A stretch of 52,387 nt of DNA. Origin: a virus. Lineage: Duplodnaviria; Caudoviricetes. Within the stretch, counting starts at the first letter, position 1, and each line of letters opens with the position of its first letter. The translations under genes and the position numbers were made by a program. The notes beneath the pieces were generated by a model that saw only the letters and a program-made list of their open reading frames with translations, was not told where the DNA came from and searched no databases. The DNA lies in IMG/VR virus record IMGVR_UViG_3300043449_001060, positions 1-52,387 of that record; one strand, written 5' to 3'. Below are positions 38,601 to 47,386 of the stretch, one piece after another.

Positions 38601-41600
38601 AAAGAAGGTTTTGGAATAAATGGTTGAACAACTCCAGTTGCATCAGATACATTACCTCTTGGAACATTTCTTTCAATAGGTTGTGAAGGCTTAACATTTT
38701 TAGATGCTTTAACTAACTGTTCTGCATTCATTCTTCCAGGAGCACTTTGAACTACAGGAGAACCAACTGGTTTACCTTCCCCATAGTTAAGCTTTTGTAA
38801 CGTCATGGTATCAGTTACTGGGGCTCCAGATGTAAATGTCCAAGCACCTTTAGAATCTTTTTTATATTGATTACCATTTAGTTCTACAATACCACCATCT
38901 TGATATTGTTGATTTTTTGCATCTTGAAACTTATTATACTGTTGTTTTAAATTTACAACATCACTTACAACTGAGAATGGAGCTAATTTAGTTCTAGGAC
39001 TTTTTAAAGGAGACAATATATCACTAATAACACTAATTTGATTACTTTGATTATTAGGATCTTTTGTGTAATCATAGGCATCAGATGCATTTAATAAATA
39101 GTTTATACCTGTTTGAACTGGCCCAGGCATAAAATATTTACCTATTGTAAGCATTGAATTTCCAATAGATTCAACTTGATCTAATCTTGGTGTGTTCTTT
39201 AATTTTTCTTTATTTTGTGCTTCTAAATTCACTATCTCTTTAAAAATCTCAGCTCTCTTAGACATATCAGATATATTTGAAGGTCCTTGGCCATCATTTT
39301 GAGAATCAAAATATTGTAATTTTTTTCTTAACGCATTTAGTTTCTGAAGTGTAGGATCAACTTTTGGTTTATTAGTAACTCTAATTGCAGGATACTCCTG
39401 CACATATTGTGCCCATTCTTTACTAGGCATTTTTTCCGAATCTTTTTTAGTAAACCTTCTTTTTTTAGGTTCGCCACCATCTTGATATTGTTGTGGTGGT
39501 AATTCTACTGCAGTAGGTCCTTGTAAGAAATTAGGTTGAACTACACTTGTTGCATCTGGTACATTAGCTAACGGTACAGTAACTTCTTTCATTGGATCAT
39601 ATGGTTTTGGAATCTCCAAATTATTGATCACATTAGCTGTCCATTCATTTCTTTTAGTAAGAGGTTTACCTGCACCAAATCTTTTGTGCTCCGCTAACAT
39701 CTTTTCTTTGTTACCTTCTACAGTGGCTTTAACAAAACTTGGGAATCCCGAAAGAGTTCCTAAGTTGTATTGATAGTCTACTAATAGCATTTGTGAATCT
39801 TGTGGGAGATTGTCAAATGTACCGGGACCGTATTTTTTATCTACCTGTTTTTTTGCAAGCGCTTGATTTCTTAATACATCTTGCTCTTGTAATTTTAAAG
39901 CTTGATCTTCTGTAATACCTCTTTTTAATGCAGAGTCATTAGGCGTAAGTTTATGACCATAGGCAATTGTATCTGCACCACCTTCCACACTTGCATGTGG
40001 ATACCACATACCGTTTTTATATCCTTTTCTAATACTATTCTCTTGCATTCTTAAATCTGCAAGATACCTTTTCATATGTTCAGGATCTAAGTCTTTTGGA
40101 GATGCTACACCACCTGGTGCAAATTGTTTTATAATTCTACCATACTTACCCATTTGAGGTTGAGTAGTATCCTGGCCTTTATCTTGATTTTTAGAAATAT
40201 TGTTTAGCATCCACAATATTTCTTCATCTGTATAAACATCTTTTAATTGTTTTAATGCATCAAAACCTTCTTTAGATGGTGATTCAAAATCTGTATTAAG
40301 TAATTTCTTAAAAGTTTTAGGAGTTACTTTTTCTGTAAATGGATCGTATATACCCATTTGTTTTGCTTGATATCTTATGTCATTTAATCTTGCTCTTGTC
40401 TCAGTATCTTCTCCTACATAGTCATACCATTCTTTTTGATCTTTTAAAAATTCTTGAAAAGCAGGATGATTTTTTGCTTGTAAATCTTCTTTCTTTTCTT
40501 GAGCAGATTGTCTTGCAAATTCAGGAGAAGAAAACCAATCTTTTGCTCTATGTTTATTTATCCATAACTGATCTTTATCAGGAATAGCTCTACGACCAAC
40601 TAATGGATGAGGTCTATCAGTTGAATGTGACCATTCATGAGGTAACAAACCTCTAACACCAAAACCATGTGGTAGTACTGTTATATCACCAGTATCACTC
40701 ATTGAATATCCTCCAGTTCTTGGCATATCCTTTGGTTGATCATGGTGAACTCGAGTAATTGGATTTTCAAGATTATGCCTTCTTGCTGCATCAACATTAC
40801 TCCAATTTTCAGGATCACTTTTTTGAAGCATTTCCAAATATCTTGGAGAATTATGATATTCCTTATAATATTTCTTTATTTTGTTACTAGTATTTTTAAC
40901 AGCTTTTTCAAGTGCTGCTCTTTGCTGTTTAATTACTTGTCGTCTATGTTCAAATGGATCTTTGCCAAGAAAGCTTGGTTGACGTTCTTGATAAATATTA
41001 TTTACTGCTGTTGATTCACTAACCTGTTTATATCTAGGATCATTAGCATATGATCTATTTTGAGCATTTGGACGAACAACAATATCTGCTTCTTCTTGAA
41101 CATACTGACCCCATTCATCTTTTGGAAATGCCTGAGCTTCTTCTTCAGTATATCTTCTTTTTTTCCTACCTCGTTCTCCACCATTTTGAAACTCCTCTTT
41201 TCTGTAAGATTCATCTGGAGTTATTTTTTTATAATTCTCTGCAAAATACATTGCATCTTCAGGGTTATCAAATCTTATAGCTTCTGCAGATTCAGGACCA
41301 TAGTCTCCTAACATAAGCTGACCATTAACATCTTGTATTAATGGTACAGCATAATTATCCATAGACGCCATATAATGAGTACCTGTTATACCATTACCAA
41401 AGTCATAAGGTTGATCTGGTGCAACTACCATTCTTTGTGCAGCAGGATTACCATGCATTTGTGCATACGCCAATCTTGCTTTCATCATAGCATCATTAGC
41501 TGCATCTATTTCTTCTTGTGAAGTTATTCCACCATCTTGAAAATACTTTGCATTTGGATGAAAGAATTTTTTCTTTTTAGACTTAGGTTTTTTAAACAAA

Positions 41601-41941
41601 GCAGACTCTCTAAATAACTCTCCTATACCTTCTAAACTTCTAGTATATTTTTTAGAATTTATTCCGCCACCTTTTCTCATTTGTGGATATTCATCAACAT
41701 ACTTTGCTCCTGGAAACTTATAATCTTGTCCTGGTTGCATCATTTGTTTTTGGCCATTATCTGCTATACCAAGCACTGGATAACCAACCCCTTTCATTGT
41801 AATATCACTTGAAGGTATTCTAGTAGGTTTACCTGGATATTTATACTGACCCTGTGGATCAGTAATAATGTCCTTTGAATATGGATTTGGCTTATTGTAT
41901 TTTCCCAAATCAATTTTAGAAAGTAATCTTTTATTATACAT
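35600..41941 (-). CDS. Modular putative virion protein (2113 aa) with zincin-like and lysozyme (GH24-like) domains
   Basis: HEWSH at 40625-40639 with downstream 'ETRAR'. Muramidase-like 'QENS...DTIAYGHKL...GITEDQA...LVDYQYNLG' at ~39620-40060. Modules are separated by xxxGG motifs. Confidence 0.72.
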   Translation of the reverse strand: MYNKRLLSKIDLGKYNKPNPYSKDIITDPQGQYKYPGKPTRIPSSDITMKGVGYPVLGIADNGQKQMMQPGQDYKFPGAKYVDEYPQMRKGGGINSKKYTRSLEGIGELFRESALFKKPKSKKKKFFHPNAKYFQDGGITSQEEIDAANDAMMKARLAYAQMHGNPAAQRMVVAPDQPYDFGNGITGTHYMASMDNYAVPLIQDVNGQLMLGDYGPESAEAIRFDNPEDAMYFAENYKKITPDESYRKEEFQNGGERGRKKRRYTEEEAQAFPKDEWGQYVQEEADIVVRPNAQNRSYANDPRYKQVSESTAVNNIYQERQPSFLGKDPFEHRRQVIKQQRAALEKAVKNTSNKIKKYYKEYHNSPRYLEMLQKSDPENWSNVDAARRHNLENPITRVHHDQPKDMPRTGGYSMSDTGDITVLPHGFGVRGLLPHEWSHSTDRPHPLVGRRAIPDKDQLWINKHRAKDWFSSPEFARQSAQEKKEDLQAKNHPAFQEFLKDQKEWYDYVGEDTETRARLNDIRYQAKQMGIYDPFTEKVTPKTFKKLLNTDFESPSKEGFDALKQLKDVYTDEEILWMLNNISKNQDKGQDTTQPQMGKYGRIIKQFAPGGVASPKDLDPEHMKRYLADLRMQENSIRKGYKNGMWYPHASVEGGADTIAYGHKLTPNDSALKRGITEDQALKLQEQDVLRNQALAKKQVDKKYGPGTFDNLPQDSQMLLVDYQYNLGTLSGFPSFVKATVEGNKEKMLAEHKRFGAGKPLTKRNEWTANVINNLEIPKPYDPMKEVTVPLANVPDATSVVQPNFLQGPTAVELPPQQYQDGGEPKKRRFTKKDSEKMPSKEWAQYVQEYPAIRVTNKPKVDPTLQKLNALRKKLQYFDSQNDGQGPSNISDMSKRAEIFKEIVNLEAQNKEKLKNTPRLDQVESIGNSMLTIGKYFMPGPVQTGINYLLNASDAYDYTKDPNNQSNQISVISDILSPLKSPRTKLAPFSVVSDVVNLKQQYNKFQDAKNQQYQDGGIVELNGNQYKKDSKGAWTFTSGAPVTDTMTLQKLNYGEGKPVGSPVVQSAPGRMNAEQLVKASKNVKPSQPIERNVPRGNVSDATGVVQPFIPKPSFVDQPSLVESLKYPEKLQEEAQRLITSGAARDMGVTAKYLSPQNANSANPKSLQQLMIEEMTKKDFQKRLDQSRLNQVNKKWNQSSILGKAGDVTRSFLADPINVTEEAIWGDQYLPDRANILRDPRNPLNAYYRKETGYDNSGLNNMVNLINPFSSAADATVYARQGNLLGTAKEFGEGLLKTAILTRAPGALNSLMGKQVNLGALGATDIGTLAGATGVASGTLSLPTTAKALYKAGQTGKTEDIRAAVNQVGMTALDFIAPEVIGSKGALSALMKGERLTPLQQLSGKNIISEFTPTQFKPLALSTPGLNSMQELRRAIDSYRSSESSLLTREAVSQIENLYDQRTEVDRIIQGLRNEGNTNSPYFQAAIDERDLLTNQIDNFHNQQVEEALAAQQQRRLDAEMIDDPAQTAERVRQFLNPDEVALNAGATAAQNMNQRLTGSFDTTRPTPGVTEYTGSNLPAPIRTSQVYSNIKPGTPPVKFSEATREAIRRRPDRSRMTLEAQLRDANDPIDFVNRLRNQYANGNINREVYNELLSGLKDAVKPTSDMYEDFDFFKEIAATNPDKPYTGSMLSRNEALNELMAIPDATLDDVLRNNYGYGLNDIEFLFNNSGISDQAIKIGMNQVLDDYTFITKYNTPNPNAPALDFANRQTLSPQLKGNEDDLGMLNISKKSKDKIEKTRYSNKSQTTGTVEYNRTLDPKLPKVVDKKVIIDNDELAEELAAYEEAFSQIPKNSSNPVHMDIQNKLEDLRATQWLRTEYAQELRAAGLNPDEIEKITIVTSEKRAKSMVDKDGNVIGTLKFDPGVYNGVTFSQIGSTGLSTKYHGYNLKASGFKNWDKAQDALAKRYLDEELNKITNASDRKNPIVVKSLTKKANTKAAEEIALLQRNNNNRFAEALYRGVHHGIKDTRGGIGTKQHFASTTLVDPVTGLPVTRYRAEDYWKSQSKQFNDQGIPKAGFVQGPRLDYDISMDNRLPVFILRKKGGDVPKLLRFTQ
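38892..39493. repeat. Two identical 20-nt copies of CCACCATCTTGATATTGTTG (encoding QQYQDGG on the minus strand)
   Basis: Copies at 38892-38911 and 39474-39493. Shorter CCACCATCTTGA matches at 33942, 35115 and 41529. Confidence 0.85.
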
Positions 41942-44900
41942 TATCTAGGAGAGATTTGATTCTTGGTATTAGTAATTTTAACTATCATGTTGGTATCCGT
42001 AGAAATATCTTTGATAAATCTAATAAAGTTTAAGTAATGTCTAAACTTCTTTCTTTGAGTTTCTGGTTTTTGAAAATCAAGATTAGCTAGATTTAAATCT
42101 TTAATGTATCCATTTGGTTGTGTTATCCAAATAAATCTATCCGCATAGTTACCTTGTAATACTGTTGTTCCAGGAATAACAGGTCCTGTTGGTGGATAGT
42201 CTGATCCAATTGGAAACTCTGATCTATCTCTAGTAATATCCCAGAACTGATTAAATCTATACTTGTTTTCTTCTTTACTAAATAATATATCAAAAGAGGC
42301 TAAGTTAGATTGATTTAGTTTAGGATACTGTTCACTTAATGTAACATTATTCTTAGGGAATATATTTAAATTAAGATATCCAGATACTTGTTCTGAATTA
42401 AATATTAAAGCTCTATCAAAATTAAAGTCAAGTACATGGAATTGGTCAACACAATTATTACGTTCTTTTCTATAAGATTCTAAGATATACTCAACTGATT
42501 TTAATGTCGTAACAGTTTGACCAGTGATAATAGGAAGTTCTATTTCAAATGGATAATTAGTTCCATAGAAATTACAGTAACTACTACAACCACTATTATG
42601 TTTCCATATACCATTAACTTTTGTTGTTAAGAATGTATTCTTAGTTGGAAAAGTTAAATCTGGATGCCAGTCATGGAAAGAAAGAAAGAATTGATTTTTA
42701 GGGTCAAAACTAACTGTCCAAGATGCATTGTCAAAAATTGCTTCATCTCCTAATAAATAAGTTGATCCTGGGAAATTGATATTAGTAAAATAGTCACCCT
42801 TACCTTTATTTTTACCAGAAGTAATTAATGGTACATATTGAATAACATTCTGACCAACAAACTCTTGTTTTAACTTATAGTCTTTCTTTGAAAAGTATAC
42901 AACAGAGTTTTCATTATCATATACAGATTGGCAACCAATACCGGATACTGGATTATCTTGGTATGGGTAATCTGGAAAATCTTCAGTTAGCTTATATGGT
43001 AAAAATTCAGAGAACCACCATTTTAATCCAGCTTGAGAAATTTCTTTTAGACCTCCTCCATATAAGAATATCTTACCTTGGTTTTGTGAGATATAATAAA
43101 TACCTGCTGGTGTACCAATTACAGATAATCTATTTTGAGATGAACCATACTCATATGGTTTATCTGAATTAGAAACTGCTTGAAGCGGTTGACTAAATAA
43201 TCCACCATCACCAATAGTTACTTTAGTGCCTAGTTCTGTTTGTAAAGTGTCAACACCTTGATACATTAATGGGCTATCATTTTTAAATGTAATAATGATA
43301 CCACTTTTATTTATTGACTTAACTGCAGAAATTTGAGACTTAAATTCTTTATAGTTATTTACAAGAAAAATAAACCAACTATCTTTTGAGGACTCTTCTT
43401 GTTGTGGCAATGAATAAATAATCCTATCTGGATAATATGTGTAACAAAGTTTTGCAACTTTAGGATTATAATATCTACTTTGTAAATTACCTGAAGAAAA
43501 ATACTGATTAAATAACTTAGTAATACTTAATGAATAATCATATCTCCATATGTTTCCTCTTGAAATAATTTGTGGATCAGTATCAAACATAGATACTAAA
43601 TCAGTATATCTGTAAGGATTATAATGTTTTTCATACTCAAGTTCCCCATCAGTTCTAAAGTCTACAAGAACTTCTGATTCTACAAAGAAATCTCTTACAC
43701 CTGAATTAGCAAGATAAAAGTATGAGTCATTAACTCTAAATACACCAGGATAATTACCAACTGAGTCATTACTAAACTCATAGTTTTTATTATCAAGTTT
43801 ATAAAACTTTGTTGGAAATGCACCTGTACCTGGTTGCATTGATGGTCCAAAACTATTTGGAATTAAATCTTGTACATCATACTTTTTAGAGTTTACCCAG
43901 AATCTAGCATCTGGAATCATATTGTATAACTTGTAATTATATTCAAAACCATCTGGCTGATCATATAACCAGTTATAAAAGAAAAGCATTGAGTTTTTTT
44001 CAGTGTATCTATTAATAAAGATATCTCCTCCAAAAAAGATTGGTGTTCTATATATTTGATTTACTGAATATGGTGTTCCTGGATCAGTAGGACATGATGT
44101 ATAAAAACCTGTATTAATTATATAGTCACTTAACTTTTGCTCACATGGAGTAATTGGAATTTGTTTTATAGAATCTAACTGACCGTATAAGTTTCTAATT
44201 CTATATTTCAAACCTGCATAATGACTGGCAATTTGAGTTGAGAAAGGAGAACTTGGATCTTCCCATGTTGGATAGTTAGCAATTGGATTAAGAGTACCAT
44301 TAGATGTAATATCTGTATTACCATCAAAAGCTGAAAGTGTAACTAATGAATTATCCTTAAATGCTGTAATCTCATACGGTCCAGTACTTGCTCCATTTGG
44401 ATAAGTAATTGGATTATAGTATGGTCCGGTTAAGGTTCTTAGAGTTACTGTATCTCCTCGTTGTAAGTTATTAATTGTATATCTTACATACTGACCTGTA
44501 GTATTTAATTGATATGCCGGTACTTGTTGAATATTATCTCTAATATAGAATGAATCCTGAAGCTTAAATCTTTGAATTTGTGTTCTATTAAATGCTCCCC
44601 ACCTGTTGTAAAATCCATGACCAATACACTGTAATGCATATTGTTGATATGGAAGAAATGTATAGAATGCGCTAATTGCTAAATTAGCTCCTTCTGAAAA
44701 ATAAAATGATAATCTATTAAGAGCTCCTAATTGTGAAAGAACAGGAGGCAAATATGCACTATCTGGAAATTCAATAGTTCCAGTAATTGACATTGGAATA
44801 ATACCTGATAATGCTAATGCTGCTGGGTTGTTAACAGTATTTGTTAAGTTAAATAATGCTGCACTTGTTGAAGTAGCATCATAACCAATACTAGCTGCAG

Positions 44901-47385
44901 CTAAAGCATCTAAAATAGGCGTTGTACCTCCATAATAATTTCTTAGATAATTATTATAAATTTCAATAGCTGTTGCCGTTAATCCAGATAATTCTGCTAT
45001 CTGACCAAGATTTGTATTACCACCAACTAATTGTTGAAGTACGCCATTAATATCAGGTTGGTTCATTGTTCTTTTACCAATCATTGATATTACACCTTGA
45101 GCAGCTCCTGCAATAAATGCAACAGCTACAATAAGATCACTTAACAATTTAAACTCTGGGTGGTCTTGTGGATACTTAAATTGTTGTTCAGAATATCCTC
45201 TTAGTTCACCATATATTTTTAATTCTGTAGCAGAAAGAAATGGTGTACTAAACATTAAATCTGGAGAGTGAATAGATGTAATATCTAACGGTACCTGTTG
45301 ACCAATCTCTGATTTAATGTATGGATCAGAATATGCAGTAGCTAATGAAGCTGCTTGTACAGGTTTAATTGTATTAAAAGGATAGTTAGCATACAAACCT
45401 CTAACAATAGAACCTGCTTGATTAAGAGGATAACTTTTATTCTCAAAAGTTCTAAAGTTATTGATCATTCCTTTTGCAAGAATAGTTCTATTGCCTTCTC
45501 TTGATCCTCTTAAGATTTCATAACCTACTATACCTTCAATTAATTTTCCTTCATTATCTACCGGAAGAAGAATGTTTTCAAATACAACTCCAAGAATTCT
45601 AATATTTAATTCATTTGAATTATTGGCTACATTTGGTTTGTAATGAAGTGTTACACTATTAGGTCCAGTATCTGTTCCATTATCCGGAAATTTGTGATGC
45701 CTAATTTGTTTACCACATAAGTCATTTACATATTGTCCTAAATAAGGTCCTGATAGATATTGGTCTTGACCTTTAGGACCAGTCCAACAATGCTCACTAG
45801 AGTTCCAAATTTCAGCTTGATTATTAGGATATATTTCTGTTGATTCCCAATATCCCATATCACCATAACCAATTACTTTACCACCATCTGGCAATGTAGT
45901 GTTTAGTGCAGCTGGAAGACCTAGTACAGTAGCGGTATTGTATGTTTCAAATAACTCTTCTGTACCGTCTAACTTGTTTTGATCAAATATACCCGGGTCT
46001 GTTTCATACTCTAAACTTGTACCTCCTTGTGGATTTACATAATTATAGTATTGAGGCGGTCTTCCCGGAATATGATATGATGAAGATTTATCTCCTGTAT
46101 CATAAACCCATCTAATAAAAAATGCATATACCTCATCTCTATAGTAACTTCCTTTATTTCCACCCTTTACATAATAGTCTGCTGGATATTCTACTGATAC
46201 CCATTTAGATCTTATTAAGTTAGCTAATGGTTGATAGTTAAAATCAAATTTAGTTCTAGGACCAACTCTAAGTAAATAATTGTTAACCTCAGACATTTGA
46301 TCTGAAGTTTCATAAACTGGAGTCTGAATAGGAATTTGCTCAATAGGAACAGTAATTAAATCTTCTTTAATTCTATCTAATTCAATTCTTGTAGTTTGAG
46401 TAGAGTAAATACCAATCTGTTTAGCTACAGTCTGTTGATTAACATTAAATACAATAACCAATATAAACTCATCAAAGTTTACTGTATCTGCATTAACTTC
46501 TAATGATAAAGCTCCTTGTAAATCCAAAGGAGACCAAATAGGTTGTGTATTACTTGGAGAAAAATAATCAGTAACTCTTTGACCTTTAATTGCATATGCA
46601 ATAGTTGCAAAGTATGTGCCATTAGCAAGAGTTCCTCCAAGGGGACCTAGTTGCAAGTTTAAACATGGTGTTTCTACTAATCTTGCTAATCTTGTATTAG
46701 AACAATTGAGTTCATTATCATCTACACAAAATTCACAAGGAGTTGCCGGTGTACACTTTTGTTTCCATTGAACTCCTGGCCATAATACTTCTTGACCAGT
46801 TGTACTTGTATATGTATTTTGTAAAGTTGTACCATATGTTCCAAATACCGGAAATTGAGATGGACTTGGCCATAGTTGTGGATCTCCCACATTAAGATAT
46901 CTATCAGGATTTAATCCATCAGCCCAATACACTTGCCAAGAACAATCTTCTTTTTCTCTTGATACACCAGATATAAGATATCTTTTATCAAAGCCTAGAC
47001 ATGTATCTTGAACAATAGGTCTATAAATACATCTTTCTTCTTCTAATAAACCTATTTCAGATAATACTGGCTGTCCAAAACTATTATGACCGGCAGTAAA
47101 TATAATCCATTTATCAGAAAACAATTGAATACCACCAATAATATATTTATTAGCTACAGCATATTGACCTGTAGTTGGCATTGTAGCCCCTGCAGTAGCA
47201 CATAGAAAGTTGGATGTCTCATTAGATAATGTACCTATGTTACCTTCATCAGTATTGTTTACAGCATTTCTTGCATGCGTCCACATACCTTCTGATACAA
47301 ATGATGGATCAGAATCTTTATTAAGACCTTTTACAAATGTATTAGTAATTAACTGAGCACTATTTTGTCTTTGCTTTTTTGCCAT
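41941..47385 (-). CDS. Tail stabilisation / muzzle protein (P22 gp10-like 'Tstab' of crAss-like phages)
   Basis: 1814 aa, beta-rich. N-terminal 'NTFVKGLNKD...ARNAVN', also 'YYRDEVYAFFIRWVY', 'IRHHKFP', 'FGGDIFI' and 'WTVSFDP...SFHDWHP'. Directly follows the tubular/ring gene. Confidence 0.75.
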   Translation of the reverse strand: MAKKQRQNSAQLITNTFVKGLNKDSDPSFVSEGMWTHARNAVNNTDEGNIGTLSNETSNFLCATAGATMPTTGQYAVANKYIIGGIQLFSDKWIIFTAGHNSFGQPVLSEIGLLEEERCIYRPIVQDTCLGFDKRYLISGVSREKEDCSWQVYWADGLNPDRYLNVGDPQLWPSPSQFPVFGTYGTTLQNTYTSTTGQEVLWPGVQWKQKCTPATPCEFCVDDNELNCSNTRLARLVETPCLNLQLGPLGGTLANGTYFATIAYAIKGQRVTDYFSPSNTQPIWSPLDLQGALSLEVNADTVNFDEFILVIVFNVNQQTVAKQIGIYSTQTTRIELDRIKEDLITVPIEQIPIQTPVYETSDQMSEVNNYLLRVGPRTKFDFNYQPLANLIRSKWVSVEYPADYYVKGGNKGSYYRDEVYAFFIRWVYDTGDKSSSYHIPGRPPQYYNYVNPQGGTSLEYETDPGIFDQNKLDGTEELFETYNTATVLGLPAALNTTLPDGGKVIGYGDMGYWESTEIYPNNQAEIWNSSEHCWTGPKGQDQYLSGPYLGQYVNDLCGKQIRHHKFPDNGTDTGPNSVTLHYKPNVANNSNELNIRILGVVFENILLPVDNEGKLIEGIVGYEILRGSREGNRTILAKGMINNFRTFENKSYPLNQAGSIVRGLYANYPFNTIKPVQAASLATAYSDPYIKSEIGQQVPLDITSIHSPDLMFSTPFLSATELKIYGELRGYSEQQFKYPQDHPEFKLLSDLIVAVAFIAGAAQGVISMIGKRTMNQPDINGVLQQLVGGNTNLGQIAELSGLTATAIEIYNNYLRNYYGGTTPILDALAAASIGYDATSTSAALFNLTNTVNNPAALALSGIIPMSITGTIEFPDSAYLPPVLSQLGALNRLSFYFSEGANLAISAFYTFLPYQQYALQCIGHGFYNRWGAFNRTQIQRFKLQDSFYIRDNIQQVPAYQLNTTGQYVRYTINNLQRGDTVTLRTLTGPYYNPITYPNGASTGPYEITAFKDNSLVTLSAFDGNTDITSNGTLNPIANYPTWEDPSSPFSTQIASHYAGLKYRIRNLYGQLDSIKQIPITPCEQKLSDYIINTGFYTSCPTDPGTPYSVNQIYRTPIFFGGDIFINRYTEKNSMLFFYNWLYDQPDGFEYNYKLYNMIPDARFWVNSKKYDVQDLIPNSFGPSMQPGTGAFPTKFYKLDNKNYEFSNDSVGNYPGVFRVNDSYFYLANSGVRDFFVESEVLVDFRTDGELEYEKHYNPYRYTDLVSMFDTDPQIISRGNIWRYDYSLSITKLFNQYFSSGNLQSRYYNPKVAKLCYTYYPDRIIYSLPQQEESSKDSWFIFLVNNYKEFKSQISAVKSINKSGIIITFKNDSPLMYQGVDTLQTELGTKVTIGDGGLFSQPLQAVSNSDKPYEYGSSQNRLSVIGTPAGIYYISQNQGKIFLYGGGLKEISQAGLKWWFSEFLPYKLTEDFPDYPYQDNPVSGIGCQSVYDNENSVVYFSKKDYKLKQEFVGQNVIQYVPLITSGKNKGKGDYFTNINFPGSTYLLGDEAIFDNASWTVSFDPKNQFFLSFHDWHPDLTFPTKNTFLTTKVNGIWKHNSGCSSYCNFYGTNYPFEIELPIITGQTVTTLKSVEYILESYRKERNNCVDQFHVLDFNFDRALIFNSEQVSGYLNLNIFPKNNVTLSEQYPKLNQSNLASFDILFSKEENKYRFNQFWDITRDRSEFPIGSDYPPTGPVIPGTTVLQGNYADRFIWITQPNGYIKDLNLANLDFQKPETQRKKFRHYLNFIRFIKDISTDTNMIVKITNTKNQISPR

Positions 47386-47386
47386 C

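Noticed and set aside
29822-41680. CCACCATCTTGA-type repeats as a CRISPR array or DGR template/variable repeats
   Set aside because: The copies are short, irregularly spaced, in frame and explained by a peptide motif. There is no cas or reverse transcriptase gene and no adenine-specific mismatch pattern.
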